Source: Octopus sinensis (taxonomy: Eukaryota). From it: DNA of 64,000 bases. The stretch spans positions 166,470,001-166,534,000 of the forward strand of contig NC_042999.1 in assembly GCF_006345805.1 (NCBI RefSeq). The letters are read 5' to 3'. Shown here in pieces: positions 14,033 to 27,050 of the stretch. Every line of letters starts with the position of its first letter. The first letter of the stretch is position 1. The position numbers were made by a program, and so were the translations under genes. Under the pieces are notes generated by a model. The model searched no databases and was not told the DNA's origin. It saw only the letters and a program-made list of their open reading frames with translations.

Positions 14033-14348
14033 AGGTTCATGGCTCAGTGGTTAGAACTGCGACGTTGTGAGTTTGATGTCCTGGACCAGGCTATGTGTTG
14101 TGTTCTTGAGCAAGAAACTTTATTTCACGTTGCTCCAGTTCTCTCAGCTGTAGAAATGAGTTGCGACTCCACTGGTGCCAAGCTGTATCGGCCCCTTTGC
14201 CTTTCCCTTGGATAGCATCGTGGTGTAGAGAGGGAAGGCTGGTGTGCATGGGCAACTGCTGGTCTTCTATAGAACTACCTTCCCTGATCTGCCTCAGAGG
14301 GTAACTTTCTAGGTGCAATCCCATGATCACTCATGACTGAAGTGGGGT
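14033..14348 (+). mobile_element. tRNA-derived SINE family C
   Basis: TGGCTCAGTGG A-box, GAGTTTGAT B-box-like motif, central GTGTTCTTGAGCAAG block shared with 13254-13385. Confidence 0.6.
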
Positions 14349-14777
14349 TTTTTTTACCTTTTATATGTAATATAGATTGTAGTTGCTAATTTATTTCTGA
14401 AAACTTTGAATCCTTTCATTTTTACCTTCCCTCATTGCAAAATAAAATCAACATGGAGTGAGGTGGTATGGGCATGTGTTGAGGAGGGATGAGGAGCATG
14501 TTCTGAGGAGGGTGAGTGCATCTGAGGTAAATGGAGCATGAAAGGGAGGTAGACCGAGGAAAAGGTGGAGGAGATTGGTGGGGTTGGTTTGAAAAAGGAG
14601 GATGTCCCAAGCTGGTGAGATAGCATGAGGGCAGTTGCTATGGCAGCGAAGTAAATCCGGCCATCCGCATTAATGGGGACAAAACCCAGAATTAAAACAC
14701 CGGCTGATGATGATATTGTTATTTTCTACATTAGTAAATGTTGAAGTTATGCATTCTTTTTTTTTTTTTTTCTACAG

Positions 14778-14866
14778 ATGTGATTTCAACTCCTGAAGAA
14801 TACGAAAAAGAATTGGATGATATGTTGGCTCAAGTTCAAAAAGATCATAATATCATATCTCAGTAA
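14778..14866 (+). CDS. Stop-containing coding exon of unidentified gene ((D)VISTPEEYEKELDDMLAQVQKDHNIISQ*)
   Basis: Long poly-T tract plus CTACAG acceptor; phase 1 completes GAT with the exon at 7869-7985; TAA at 14864-14866. Confidence 0.7.
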
Positions 14867-15865
14867 TAATGGTAATTATACTGGATATTTTCAATTTAAT
14901 ATATTTGAGACTCTTTTTTTTAGCAAATTATTCTAGATATTCCATTGATGTTACCACCAGCTAATTTCCTTGAAATCTTAACTCTGATTTAGGCATTTTA
15001 TCTCATTCTGATGTGTGCTAATCAAACTTTAGAGTACAGATGTGGTCTGGGAAGGCTTTCAAAAATCACAGTATGTATCCATTCTTTCTGACTAAACTTT
15101 AAAAGAACAAAATTTTGATGACTCATTCTTATATTGTCTTCCCTGTTAAATATATCATTTCATATTTGCTTATTTCTTGTTTGAACTATACCGTTATGAT
15201 ATCAACAATGTTTTTATTACTACAAAAAGATGTCAACAAACTTCTTAGATATTTGCTACTGCTATCTGTTTCTACATAATGGCATCTTTTTTAGTGATTA
15301 AAAAAAATTATTAACATTTCTAAAATAAACATTAAAAAAAAATCTTAATGAGAATATTGATTATAGGATAGTGAGTTTTTTTTTAACACTTCTTGGAAAC
15401 GATGATAGAGGACAAAGATATGTGATGCATTGCTGTACTCAAGGAGACCTACTCACCACAACAGAATTGAGATCTTAAAACCAAAACAACGCATTGGTGT
15501 GAGAGCTGGTACCACATAAAAAGCACTGGTGACGGTGCCACATAAAAAGCACCCTGTACACTTTGTAAAGTGGTTGGTGTTACAAAAGGACATCCATCTG
15601 TAAAAATCAAGTGGAAACAAACCATGGAACTTGGTGCAACCCAGTTTCTGTCAAGCCTTCCAACCTATGGCAGCATTGAAAATAGATGTTAAATGTTGAT
15701 GATTTCATGGAGCAAGCTTATTTAATTTCACGGATTTTTCCATGTTTTTCTAAACTCATAGAATATGAATCAACAATTATTATGTAGATGGGTTGGTTTT
15801 GTGATTGACATTTACTCATGTTGTATAACCTAGACTCATCCATTCACTCTAAAGTTTGAAGTAAA

Positions 15866-15867
15866 TA

Positions 15868-15917
<50 letters not shown>

Positions 15918-16300
15918 AATTATTGTATACAGTGCTCAGGTGCACCACAACTTGTCAGAAAGTGCATATAAAGTACATGCAGCAATGTAGAAATGTCTGG
16001 AAAGCAAACAATGCACGAGTCAGATACATGCCTGTGTGTGCACGGAGGGGAGAAAATCAAGTGTAGTGTTGGCGAATCTCAGGAAGCATGGAAGTTTTGA
16101 AGGATGCAGTGCTCCGACAACTAACAACCGATGCCGGCAGTTTGTTCCATGCTTCAGCAACTCTCAGCGTGAAAAAAAGTTTCCTGAAGTCATGGGAGCT
16201 GTGCTGTTTTCTGACTTTGTAAATATGTCCATGGGTGTTAGATGGGTGGAGTTTGAAAAGGTGCTCAGAGTTGAAAATACTTACAAGGGCTTTGCTCAAA
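15866..16300 (-). mobile_element. CR1-clade LINE 3' fragment with (ATT)n tail
   Basis: Minus ORF THGHIYKVRK..RKLFFTLRVAEAWNKLPASVV..S..SFK is the typical CR1 ORF2 C-terminus; (AAT)n run at 15866-15915 on the plus strand. Confidence 0.8.
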
Positions 16301-17128
16301 ATCACAACCAAATACATTTGTTAAGAATGTCATCATTATTTTAATGTCCAATTTTCCTTGCTACCAAGTGTCAGATTTTACAGGCAAATTTTTTTTCATG
16401 GTTAGATCCTTCACTTGTTTCTAAATAAGGTAATATACCCATGATAGACTGTGTTTTCACAGAATATTGTAAACAAATGACAACTTTTGTATGGTAGCAA
16501 CATTCATTTACAACTATCCTGAGGTGTCAAGAAGAGGAAGTACAAGCACACACACACACACACACACATTTCACCTATGAAATTCATTCACAAGTCTTTG
16601 TTCAGCCTGGTGGTCTATATTAAAAGGTAAAAGACACATGTCCAAAGTGCCACACAGTGAAACTGAACCCAAAACTTTGTGGTTTGGAAGGAAGCTGCTT
16701 AACTACCCAGCCATGCCTGCACATATGTCATATCTAATAAATATTCATAGTAAATAATAAATACAATACTACAATCCAGTTACATGAACCTAAACAAAAT
16801 CAAAGTAAGTTGTACATAATACCTTTGTTCAGATGAAGAAAGGGGTAAGTCAGCTGAAGGAAAAAATACAAAATGACTGACGGTTAGTAAGGAGACACAC
16901 ACAAATAAAACAAAAGAAAGCAAAGTACCACTGATGAGGTCACAGGAGTGTGACAAAAGAACTCTGGCCGAAATAAGATTAAGATTAATGTAAAAAATAA
17001 ATAACACTGAAGCAAAATAACGCCAAATATATAGTGCGTGTGTTTTTATTGGCTGAATTGACAAAATGACCATTCTGAAATACAACAATATCTGTTTCAA
17101 CACACGACTTCACATAAAAAAATCTTGC

Positions 17129-17176
<48 letters not shown>

Positions 17177-17218
17177 GCAAGATTTTTTTTTGTGAAATTG
17201 TGTGTTGAAACAGATATA

Positions 17219-17941
17219 TATCATCATCATCATCATCATCATCATCGTTTAACGTTCGTTTTTCCGCGCTAGCACGGGTTGGACGGTTCGACCAGGGTCT
17301 GGGGCGCCAGGGGCTGCTCCAGGCTCCAGTCTGATCTGGCAGTGTTTCTACAGCTGGATGCCCTTCCTAACGCCAACCACTCTGCGAGTGTAGTGGGTGC
17401 TTTTTACGTGCCACCTGCACAGGTGCCAGAGGGGTCTGGCATTGGCCATGATCGGTTGGTGCTTTTTATGTGCCACCGGCACAGAAGCCAGTCGAGGCGG
17501 GGCTGGCATCGGCCACGTTCGGATGGTGCTTTTTATGTGCCACCAGCACAGAAGCCATTCGAGGCGGGGTTGGCATCGGTCACGTTCGGATGGTGCTTTT
17601 TATGTGCCACCGGCACAGAAGCAGTCGAGGCGGGGCTGCATCGGCCACGTTCGGATGGTGCTTTTTATGTGCCACCAGCACAGAAGCCATTCGAGGCGGG
17701 GTTGGCATCGGTCACGTTCGGATGGTGCTTTTTATGTGCCACCGGCACAGAAGCCAGTCGAGGCGGGGCTGGCATCGGCCACGTTCGGATGGTGCTTTTT
17801 ATGTGCCACCAGCACAGAAGCCATTCGAGGCGGGGTTGGCATCGGTCACGTTCGGATGGTGCTTTTTATGTGCCACCAGCACAGAAGCCAGTCGAGGCAG
17901 CACTGCCAACGGCCACGTTCGGATGGTGCTTTTTATGTGCC
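17219..17941 (-). mobile_element. RTE 3'-UTR-only insertion with an expanded ~67-bp minisatellite
   Basis: (CAT)n then the reverse complement of the RTE tail seen at 21790-21978; seven full units plus a partial unit of GGATGGTGCTTTTTATGTGCCACC... from ~17452. Confidence 0.85.
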
Positions 17942-17982
17942 ATGTATACATATATATGTATTTATGTGTATATATATATAGT

Positions 17983-18172
17983 AGGCGTAGGAGTGGCTGT
18001 GTGGTAAGTAGCTTGCTTACAAACCGCATGGTTCCAGGTTCAGTCCCACTGCGCGGCACCTTGGGTAAGTGTCTTCTACTATAGCCCCGGGCCAACCAAT
18101 GCCTTGTGAGTGGATTTGGTAGACAGAAACTGAAAGAAGCCTGTCGTATATATGTATAATATATGTTTGTGT
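17983..18172 (+). mobile_element. SINE family A, 5' half
   Basis: Family A head through to the microsatellite. Confidence 0.85.
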
Positions 18173-18502
18173 GAGACGTGAGATATGCAAGGATATTGTA
18201 TCTGCAGTTCCATTATTTAAGCAGAATGCTATGCATTTCCTGTACCTTGTGTGTAATTTCCTATAGTATTTAAAATTGGTCCTTCCAAACTCTATGCTTG
18301 GGATATACGTTATATTATTGTATTAATTTTCATTGTTCAATTTATGATTTATTTGATTTTAGATTAACATTTTTACGATGAATGTTTCTTTGTATGGTAT
18401 TCACTGTGATTTTAAAAGTATTTGCTCTGATATATTATATGATTGTAATAATCTTACTGTTCAATATTATTGAAATTTTAGATTAGTATTTTGTATGGTA
18501 TA

Positions 18503-21500
18503 TGTCTCACGGGATGGCTTTGGATGGGTTCTTCATTGCCTGAGATGTGGAATGGTGGTTCGTCTCTAAATTAGTTATGTCGAGATTGTTGAGTTGCTTG
18601 AACGGAGGTGTGTTGATATGTGCTGCATTCAAGAAGTGAGGTGGGGAGGAGGTTCTGCTAGGTTCCTCACAGGCAAGGAACACAGGTACAAGATTTTCTG
18701 GGATGGGAACACTGACGGGGTCGGGGGTGTGCGTATACTTATCGCTGAAAAATGGATAGATAAGGTAATTGAGGTAGTCAGAGTATGCGACAGAATACTT
18801 AAGATTAGATTAGTGCTTCATCATGGATTAGCAACCATTATATCGGCCTATGCCCCTCAGCCAGGGCTACCTGATGGACAGAAAGACCGATTCTATGACA
18901 CCCTACTGCAGACTACCTCATCGACGAACAATAGGGACCTTCTCTTTGTGGCTGGTGACTTCAGTGGGTATGTTGGACGACATGCTGAGGGCTTCCATGG
19001 AGGCTATGGTTATGGTTCCCACAATGAGGAGGGAACCAGGCTGCTGGAGTTCTGCAATGCGAATAGTCTTATGGTTTGCAACACTAACTTCAGGAAACCT
19101 ACCAGCCGCCTAGTCACCTACCAATCAGGCTGACATACTAGCCAAATCGACTACATCCTTGCCAGAAAAAGGGAAAGATGGCTGCTTATAAATGCCAAAA
19201 CCTTCCCAGGCGAAGAATGTACCCCACAACATAGAATAATAGTTAGTGACTTTAGGATCAGGACTAAGAGGACGACCAGAAGATGACCAACATGGAGAAG
19301 AAGGGTCTGGAAGCTTAAAGATCCTACAAATGGACAGAGATTTAGAGACATATTACTTGAAGCCTTTGACGAAATAGAAGGGGATATAGCTTCACATGGG
19401 GTAGAAGACAACTGGAGGTTTCTAAGGGACAACCTGCTGAGAGCTACTGACCAGATCTGTGGTTGGTGCAAAGTCCCCTCAAGACCCAAAATAACGTGGT
19501 GGTGGAAAAATATTGTTGACAGGGCTATTAGACAAAAGAAACAAGCTTGGAAGGACTGGAAGAATGGTGGTAGCAGGGAAGTGCATCAGACTGCCAGAAG
19601 GTAAACCTAGGAGGCAGGTGTATTTAGCCAGAGGGGAAGCAGATAAGAAAAAGTTTGCCCATGTTCTGCGCCATGAGGATGAGAGACTTGAGGTATTTCG
19701 TGTTGCAAGACAGTGTGTGAGAGAGAATCGTGATGTGGTAGGAGAGAAATGTGTTCGCATGGATGATGGTTCACTTGCGCTAAATGAGGATACAAAGAGA
19801 GAGGTTTGGAGAATAAAGAAAATGAATGGGATAAAGAGAGTCTGCCGAATGTTGACCCAACAGAGGGACGAGCTATCCGAGTTGACAGTTCCGTGGTAGC
19901 TAAGGCAATTAGAAGCATGAAAACAGGGAAAGCCCCAGGCCCATCAGGAATTACTGCAGAGATGCTCAAAATATCTGGTAGTGTCGGCTATAGCCTAGTC
20001 ACTCATATAGTTAACCATGTGATACACGAAGGAGTCATTCCCAATGACTGGTGTAGCAGCATAATAGTCAACTGCTACAAAGGTAAAGGTGACGCCCTAG
20101 ATACAAATAACTACAGGGGTATCAAGCTGTTGGATCAGGTAATGAAGGTTACGGAGAGGGTCATAGCCCAACTAATTAGAGAAAGAGTTAGTTTAGATGA
20201 GATGCAGTTTGGGTTCGTACCAGGGAAAAGTACCACTGATGCTATATTCCTGGTAAGACAGCTGCAGGAGAAATACCTAGCCAAAGATAAGCCCCTGTAC
20301 CTGGCTTTTGTTGACATGGAGAAAGCCTTCAACAGGGTTCCCCGATCCCTTATCTGGTGGTCAATGAGGAAACCAGGGATAGATGAATGGTTAGTGAGAG
20401 CTGTGCAAGCCATGTACAGGGATGCTGCTAGTAAGGTGAGGGTTGGCAATGAGTACAGTGAAGAATTCCGGGTAGAGGTAGGGGTCCACCAAGGTTCAGT
20501 CCTCAGCCCCCTCCTATTTATCATAGTCCTCCAGGCATTAACAGAAGAATTCGAGACAGGATGCCCCTGGGAGCTCCTCTATGCTGATGACCTTGCTCTA
20601 ATTGCTGAGTCACTATCAAAACTGGAGGAGAAGTTTCAGGTGTGGAAGCAAGAGTTAGAATCGAAGGGCCTTAGAGTCAACCTAGTTAAAACCAAAGTCC
20701 TAATAAATAGGAAGGTAGACAAATCACAAATGACTTCAGGTAGATGGCCTTGCTCAATCTGTAGAAAAGGTGTAGGTAGAAACGATGCACCAAGTGTAAG
20801 CTATGGACACGTAAGAGGTACAGCAATGTCAAAGGAAGGCTAACTAGGAAAATAGCTTTTGTATGTGGCAGATGCTCAGGAGCAATAAACACTGGAAATG
20901 TGCAGAGACCAACTTCCACAACATTCCAGGGAGAAAAACTTGAAATAGTTAATAGCTTCCATTACCTAGGTGACCAAGTCAGTAGCGGGGGTGGGTGTGC
21001 TGAAAGTGTAACTGCTAGAGTAAGAATAGCCTGGGCAAAGATCAGAGAGCTCTTACCCCTGCTGGTGACAAAGGGCCTCTCGCTCAGAGTAAAAGGCAGA
21101 CTGTATGATGCATGTGTACGAACAGCCATGCTACATGATAGTGAAACATGGGCCATGACTGCTGAGGATATGCGTAAGATCGCAAGAAATGAAGCCAGTA
21201 TGCTCCGATGGATGTGTAATGTCAGTGTTCATATTCGACAGAGTGTAAGTACCTTGAGAGAGAAGTTGGACCTAAGAAGCATCAGTTGTGGTGTGCAAGA
21301 GAGACGTTTGCGCTGGTATGGTCATGTGACGAGAATGGATGAAGATAGTTGTGTGAAAAAGTGCCACACCCTAGCGGTTGAGGGAACCTGTGGAAGAGGT
21401 AGACCCAGGAAAACCTGGGACGAGGTGGTGAAGCACGACCTTCAAACTTTAGGTCTCACCGAGGAAATGACTTGAGACCGAGACCTATGGAAGTATGCTG

Positions 21501-21978
21501 TGCTTGAGAAGACCCGGCAAGACTAGTGAGACCATAACATGTGGCCTCTACTTGGGATGTAGCCAGTTCACTTATGCATACCTTTCCTTCTTGGGACACA
21601 AAACTCTACTTGTGAAGACCTGTTGGGGCAAGTGAGAATCGAAATCGATCAACATCAATGGAAATTGTAGCTGTGATACCAGTGCTGGTGGCATGTAAGC
21701 GAACCATCCAAACGTGGCCGTTGTCAGCCTTGGCTGGCCCCCATGCCAGTGGCACATAAAAAGCACCATCCAATCATGGCCATTTGCCAGCCCCGTCTGG
21801 CACGTAAAAATCACCCACTATACTCACGGAGTGGTTGGCGTTAGGAAGGGCATCTAGCCGTAGAAACATTGCCAGATTAGACTGGGCCTGGTGCAGCCTT
21901 CTGGCTTCCCAGACCCCAGTTGAACCATCCAACCCATGCTAGCCTGAAAAGCGGATGCTAAATGATGATGATGATGAT
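18503..21978 (+). mobile_element. Near full-length RTE-clade LINE (APE endonuclease + reverse transcriptase), inactivated
   Basis: APE motifs CCIQEVRW, ISAYAPQ, AGDFSG; RT motifs NYRGIKLL, QFGFVPGKSTTDA, GVHQGSVLSPLLF, YADD (ORF 19806-20843); C-terminal RGRPRKTWDEVV; (GAT)n tail; several stops and frameshifts. Confidence 0.95.
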
Positions 21979-22404
21979 ACATATATTATATATACGAAAT
22001 TCGGTCTTTCACCTGTAAGTTTGGAATAATAATTTATTCCCTAATATTATTATTATTATTATATATATATATATACATACACACATATATACATACACAC
22101 ATACACACACACATATATACAGGGGTTGGTCAAAATAATGAAAACACCTGTTTCCTGCAGACAGGAAAGGTGTGCTGTTGTAGAAAATCTGTGTCAGTAA
22201 ATTCCATCTGCCACATGCAAACATGGAAAAGTGGATTTAAAGATAATATTGATGACAACAACAATGTTATGTATTTTATAAGAGGAAAGAAAAATGGAGT
22301 CAGTTCTTCAATCTATTTTTATTTCATAAGGAGAGTTTATTTTATTAATCATCTGATGTAATAAAATCAGCAATTATCAACTAAATGATATTTACTAATT
22401 ACTA

Positions 22405-22797
22405 TACTCTTTTACTTGTTTCAGTCATTTGACTGCGGCCATGCTGGAGCACCGCCTTTAATCGAGCAACTCGACCCCGAGACTTATTCTTTTGTAAGCC
22501 CAGTACTTATTCTATCGGTCTCTTTTGCCGAACTGCTAAGTAACGGGGACGTAAATACACCAGCATCGGTTGTCAAGCAATGTTAGGGGGACAAACACAG
22601 ACACACACACGCATATATATATATACATATATACTACGGGCTTCTTTCAGTTTCCGTCTACCAAATCCACTCACAAGGCTTTGGTCGGCCCGAGGCTATA
22701 GTAGAAGACACTTGCCCAAGGTGCCACGCAGTGAGACTGAACCCGGAACTATGTGGTTGGTAAACAAGCTACTTACCACACGGCCACTCCTGCGCCT
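22405..22797 (-). mobile_element. SINE family A, full length
   Basis: Complete reverse-complement copy. Confidence 0.92.
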
Positions 22798-25646
22798 ATG
22801 TATATAAGTATTTATATGAATTAAAGTTGTAGAAAAGCTGCGACAGTAATGTCAAAGTAAAGATTATGAGAAACTGTTTAGAGAGTCGAAAGATCTATTA
22901 AGAGTTGATATAGATTATGACCTGATGCTTTGCAGAAGAGAAAAGGAGTACTGCAGCATCCTATTTCATCTCATCCTTGACATCTTTATTGTCTCATGTC
23001 TAATAAATCATAATTTAGTGAAACAATTGTTTTGAGCTTCTCTTTTTATTTATTTGGTTCTGAAGCAGCCAAATAAGTACAAGTTACCTTGCCTTTTCTA
23101 GCCACAGGTGTAGTGTTTATTTTTGACATTCCAACGTATGTTTTAGCCTACAACATGACTTATAAAATCATATTTTTCTTTATCCCCACCAACAAAAACA
23201 GTATTATAACTATCAATGCTATAACAATTATTTTGACGCATAATCTTGAATTGGGTACTGTTAATAAATAAAATACCATAAATAACTGGCCAAGTGTAAC
23301 AGTCGGGTTGTATGTAGGTCAACATTGACAAGTGTTAGGTATAATACAGTGTTACACTCTCTTCACAGTATGTTACCAGTATATTGTTATTTACATTTTG
23401 ATGCTTTAGATTAAAAGTTCATGAATACAGGAATAAACTTTCTTGCTAATTACTCCTTTTGAAACAACACAAACAGAATCATATACATGACACTAAAATG
23501 TTTTAATTGCTTTTCCTTGTTGTTAAGAAACAATTTCATTTTGGAGCTTTATTATAGTGTAGCACCACTAAAATATATTTTTATAAAAGCCATACTCCAA
23601 AAATCTCATTTTACTCTTCATAAACCCATTACAAGTCTGGCTGTGATCAGTTCTTAACCAAGCCTTGTATGTAGATCTTTATTTGAAACTATGCAGTGAT
23701 ATGTTATATTTTATTTAATTAAACTTATTAAAATGTTTTTCTTAATATTATTTCATTTCTCTTTTCAGATTTTCGGAATCGTTAATCCTGGCTTCATTTA
23801 AAATAACATTCTAAAAAGAATGACCCACAAACTTTTCAAATTAATTCTTTCTCACTTTGATTCCTTAATTGCCACCCTTCTGTTAGTCAGATATTGTTAA
23901 TAGTTTTACAAGAGCACAATTACTTTTATTTTAATGCTCCCCTACAAAGTTTAATTTATTTTTCCCCCCATGCCATTTTCGAAAATATCTACTATTTCCA
24001 ATGTATGTTACTTTAATCCTTCTTAAAAAAAACACTTCCGTAGTCTGTTACATCTCTTTTCATCAAAATTAGTTGTGGATATTTGATGGCTTAAAGATTT
24101 AGCAATCACATTAAAATTATTTCTACTGTGTTACTTCAAAGAAATTAACATTCAAATAAAATTATTAGAATGCAAAGTTGACAAAAATAATTAATTTGAT
24201 GCTAATTTTCCTTGAATAATAAAATAAATAATAATAATGTTGGGAAAATTTTTGGATAATTTCTAACATCAAGTGTCTTTCATAATAGTCTATAAGAAAA
24301 AAAAAATCTTTAAATATGGTAAGAAAAGGACTTTATTTAACAAAATTTTGAGAAATTGTTGATTGGTTTCTAACAGCTTTATTGTTTTGTTTTTTCGTTT
24401 GGTTTTTTTTTTGTTGATTTATTTTTAGAATAAATTTTATTTACTTCTATTTTTTCCACATTCAGATTTGTTTTTGCTTTCTTCACATTCAGGTTGATGT
24501 AATTATTCTCAATATATAACTTATTAGAATTAAAAAAATTTTTTTCTTTGTTTTCAATTTGCATCTCTACATAGATTTCTTCTCTATTTTTCTGCTTTGA
24601 TATATGTGTATATTTTACTTTTGTTACTAATTTTATTCTTCAGCATTTCTCTATTTTATCTGACCAGTTTGCATTGTACTTGAATAATTTAAAAGCAAAA
24701 TAAAGAACTATTAACTACAAAAGTTTTTTGTTATTTGCTAGCGACATTTTGATACCTAAAATTTTATTTTAAAATATAACTGCTTGTTTAAAGATATATA
24801 GAAGAATATAAAGTCTAATTTAAGAATCCTGCATTCAAATTTTTATGATCCTAATAGCTCTCAGAATATATCATATTTAAAATCTAAAGATTGATAAAAA
24901 TTGTAGATTCCTTGTAAAAAAAAAGTTATTGCTATAGTCACAAATTCTTGTTTTCATAATTGATTTTTTTCCAGCTCCACTTCAATTTGGCCAAATAAAC
25001 TTTTCAATTTAAGACAAGTCCTTTAGATAATTTTTCTTCTAATAAACCAAGGAGCAATCTATTTTTGTAAACCACTTCCATATGTTCCACAATTATAGAA
25101 ACTACTATTAAAGGTACTAATAAAATAGGTTAGATTTAAACAAACACTGAATCAAGTAGGACTTCCAACTTATTTAGATAGTTTCTCTTCAAATGTAACT
25201 TTGGCAGTCCATGAAAACTCAGTTTTAAGATTACTCAATTTTAAATTTATACAGGGTTACATGTTGATTTAATTTTTTAAAATTAAGTTAATTTTAAAAA
25301 GTTGTGAGAATATAATTTTTTCAATGTAAAGAAGGAATCAATGAGTTTGTAGAACAGCTTGAAGCAAACATTTTGTTAATCCTAAATCCTAGAATAAATT
25401 TAAGATAAAGATCTTTTATTGATAAACATGATTACAGTATACTAACTACATCACTGAAAGTTAATAAAGCTAAACTGATTTCCTTTCATATGTTTATATT
25501 TAATCTTTACTTACAAGTAGCATTTAGCAATTGTTCTCTTATCTGTTATGCTACCACTTTATATTAAATATCCAACAGTTCCTATTGATCTCTTTTCTTT
25601 TTTGTTTTCATCTGTGTCAGTTTTCCATTCACACAGGCCATATTAA

Positions 25647-25867
25647 CCCTTTCGTTACCGTATTTATTTTGAGATTCTCTGTGTTTCTTTCAATTATTTT
25701 AAATATAACAAAGAATTTAGTAAAATAACTTAGTTATCATTCAGCTAGTGTTAGGAACATAAATTGTGACTAAGGTTTGGTGAGAGATTTTAATTCAAAA
25801 CTTGTGAAAACAAGACATTTGTACTACAGAGCCAGAGCTGGTTTCAGCTGCGCTGGTAATGAAAGGG
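25647..25867. mobile_element. piggyBac-type MITE (TTAA family 1)
   Basis: TTAA|CCCTTTCGTTAC...AATGAAAGGG|TTAA; homologous to 52828-53049 and 57902-58099. Confidence 0.85.
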
Positions 25868-26818
25868 TTAAATTATTCTAAACTATGACACATACAGCAA
25901 ACTGTTTTACAAATAGAAATTATTTTGTGGTCTATTGACTGCCCTTGACATCAGTAAGGCACTTGACTAGTTAAAATGTTTTGTAGGAAAAAATGTCCTG
26001 TAAGCTTTAGTTCTTATATCAGAAGCAACATGATATAGGAGATATATTATAATGAAAATCTTTAACCATAAATTGATTGCTCAGAGTTAGTGCACTGATG
26101 GAAATGTTGACAATGTTTCTTGTATAGACATTGTTCTTTGTAGTATATAGAACACCCAATATGAATGAGAAGATGTCTAAGCTGATAGGAACTAGATAAC
26201 CAGGGGAGCAGTCTGTGGTTGATATGTGTCATGTTCCATAGCAAAGACACATAACTCTCAAATAGCCTAGTCTATCTAGCTTAAATAATGTATCAGAGGA
26301 TAGTGCATTGCAATACCAGCACTGTCAAATTGGCCAGTGGTTCATTAATTTGTAAATTTGGGTTCAACTTATGCAAGTGTGACCAGAAAGGAGTTAGATC
26401 TGGTGACCTCATAATGAAGTTGGTAGAACTAATTACGCATTAGCAGATTTATCTAATTAAGAACAATTAAATAGGAAACTTCTTTTATGCATTCCTAAGA
26501 ACTGCCTATTTGGTGCTTCTAAGCTCTGCTAATACTGTAATCTTTTCCTAGATTTACTTACACCATTTACATTGTTAAATTTATTCCATGAGGCATCGAA
26601 AGTTTTATCACACAGCTCACTGACACAGTGGAAATGGGAAATAAATTTAAAGTGAATTTCACAGCTGTGTGCAGTATCAAATTTATCAAATCTGTGATGT
26701 TGCTGCTTCAGTTTCAACATACTCTAGACAAATACAATTCCCAAACTCATTGTATTTTGATGACATTCAATTTTGTCAGTTTTTAAGTGATAAGAGCAAC
26801 TATATCCAAATTTAATCG

Positions 26819-27050
26819 TTAGGCGGCAAGCTGGCAGAAACATTAGCACGCTGGGCGAAATGTGTAGCCGTATTTCGTCTGCCGTTACATTCTGAGTTCA
26901 AATTACGCCGGGGTCGACTTTGCCTTTCATCCTTTCTGGATCGATTAAATAAGTACCAGTTACGCACTGGGGTCGATATAATCGACTTAATCCCTTTATC
27001 TGTCCTTGTTTGTCCCCTCTGTGTTTAGCCCCTTGTGGGTAGTAAAGAAA
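26819..27050 (+). mobile_element. tRNA-derived SINE family D
   Basis: GGCGGCAAGCTGGCAGAA head, GAGTTCAAAT B-box, GTCGACTTTGCCTTTCATCC body; degraded relatives near 300-420 and 27880-28020. Confidence 0.7.

Noticed and set aside
17279-18084. Three overlapping 190-240-aa repetitive ORFs and a CRISPR-like periodicity
   Set aside because: Produced by the 67-bp minisatellite. The whole unit repeats with no unique spacers, and the context is eukaryotic with no cas genes.
24379-24564. K/N-rich minus-strand ORF
   Set aside because: Low-complexity consequence of a T-rich plus strand.
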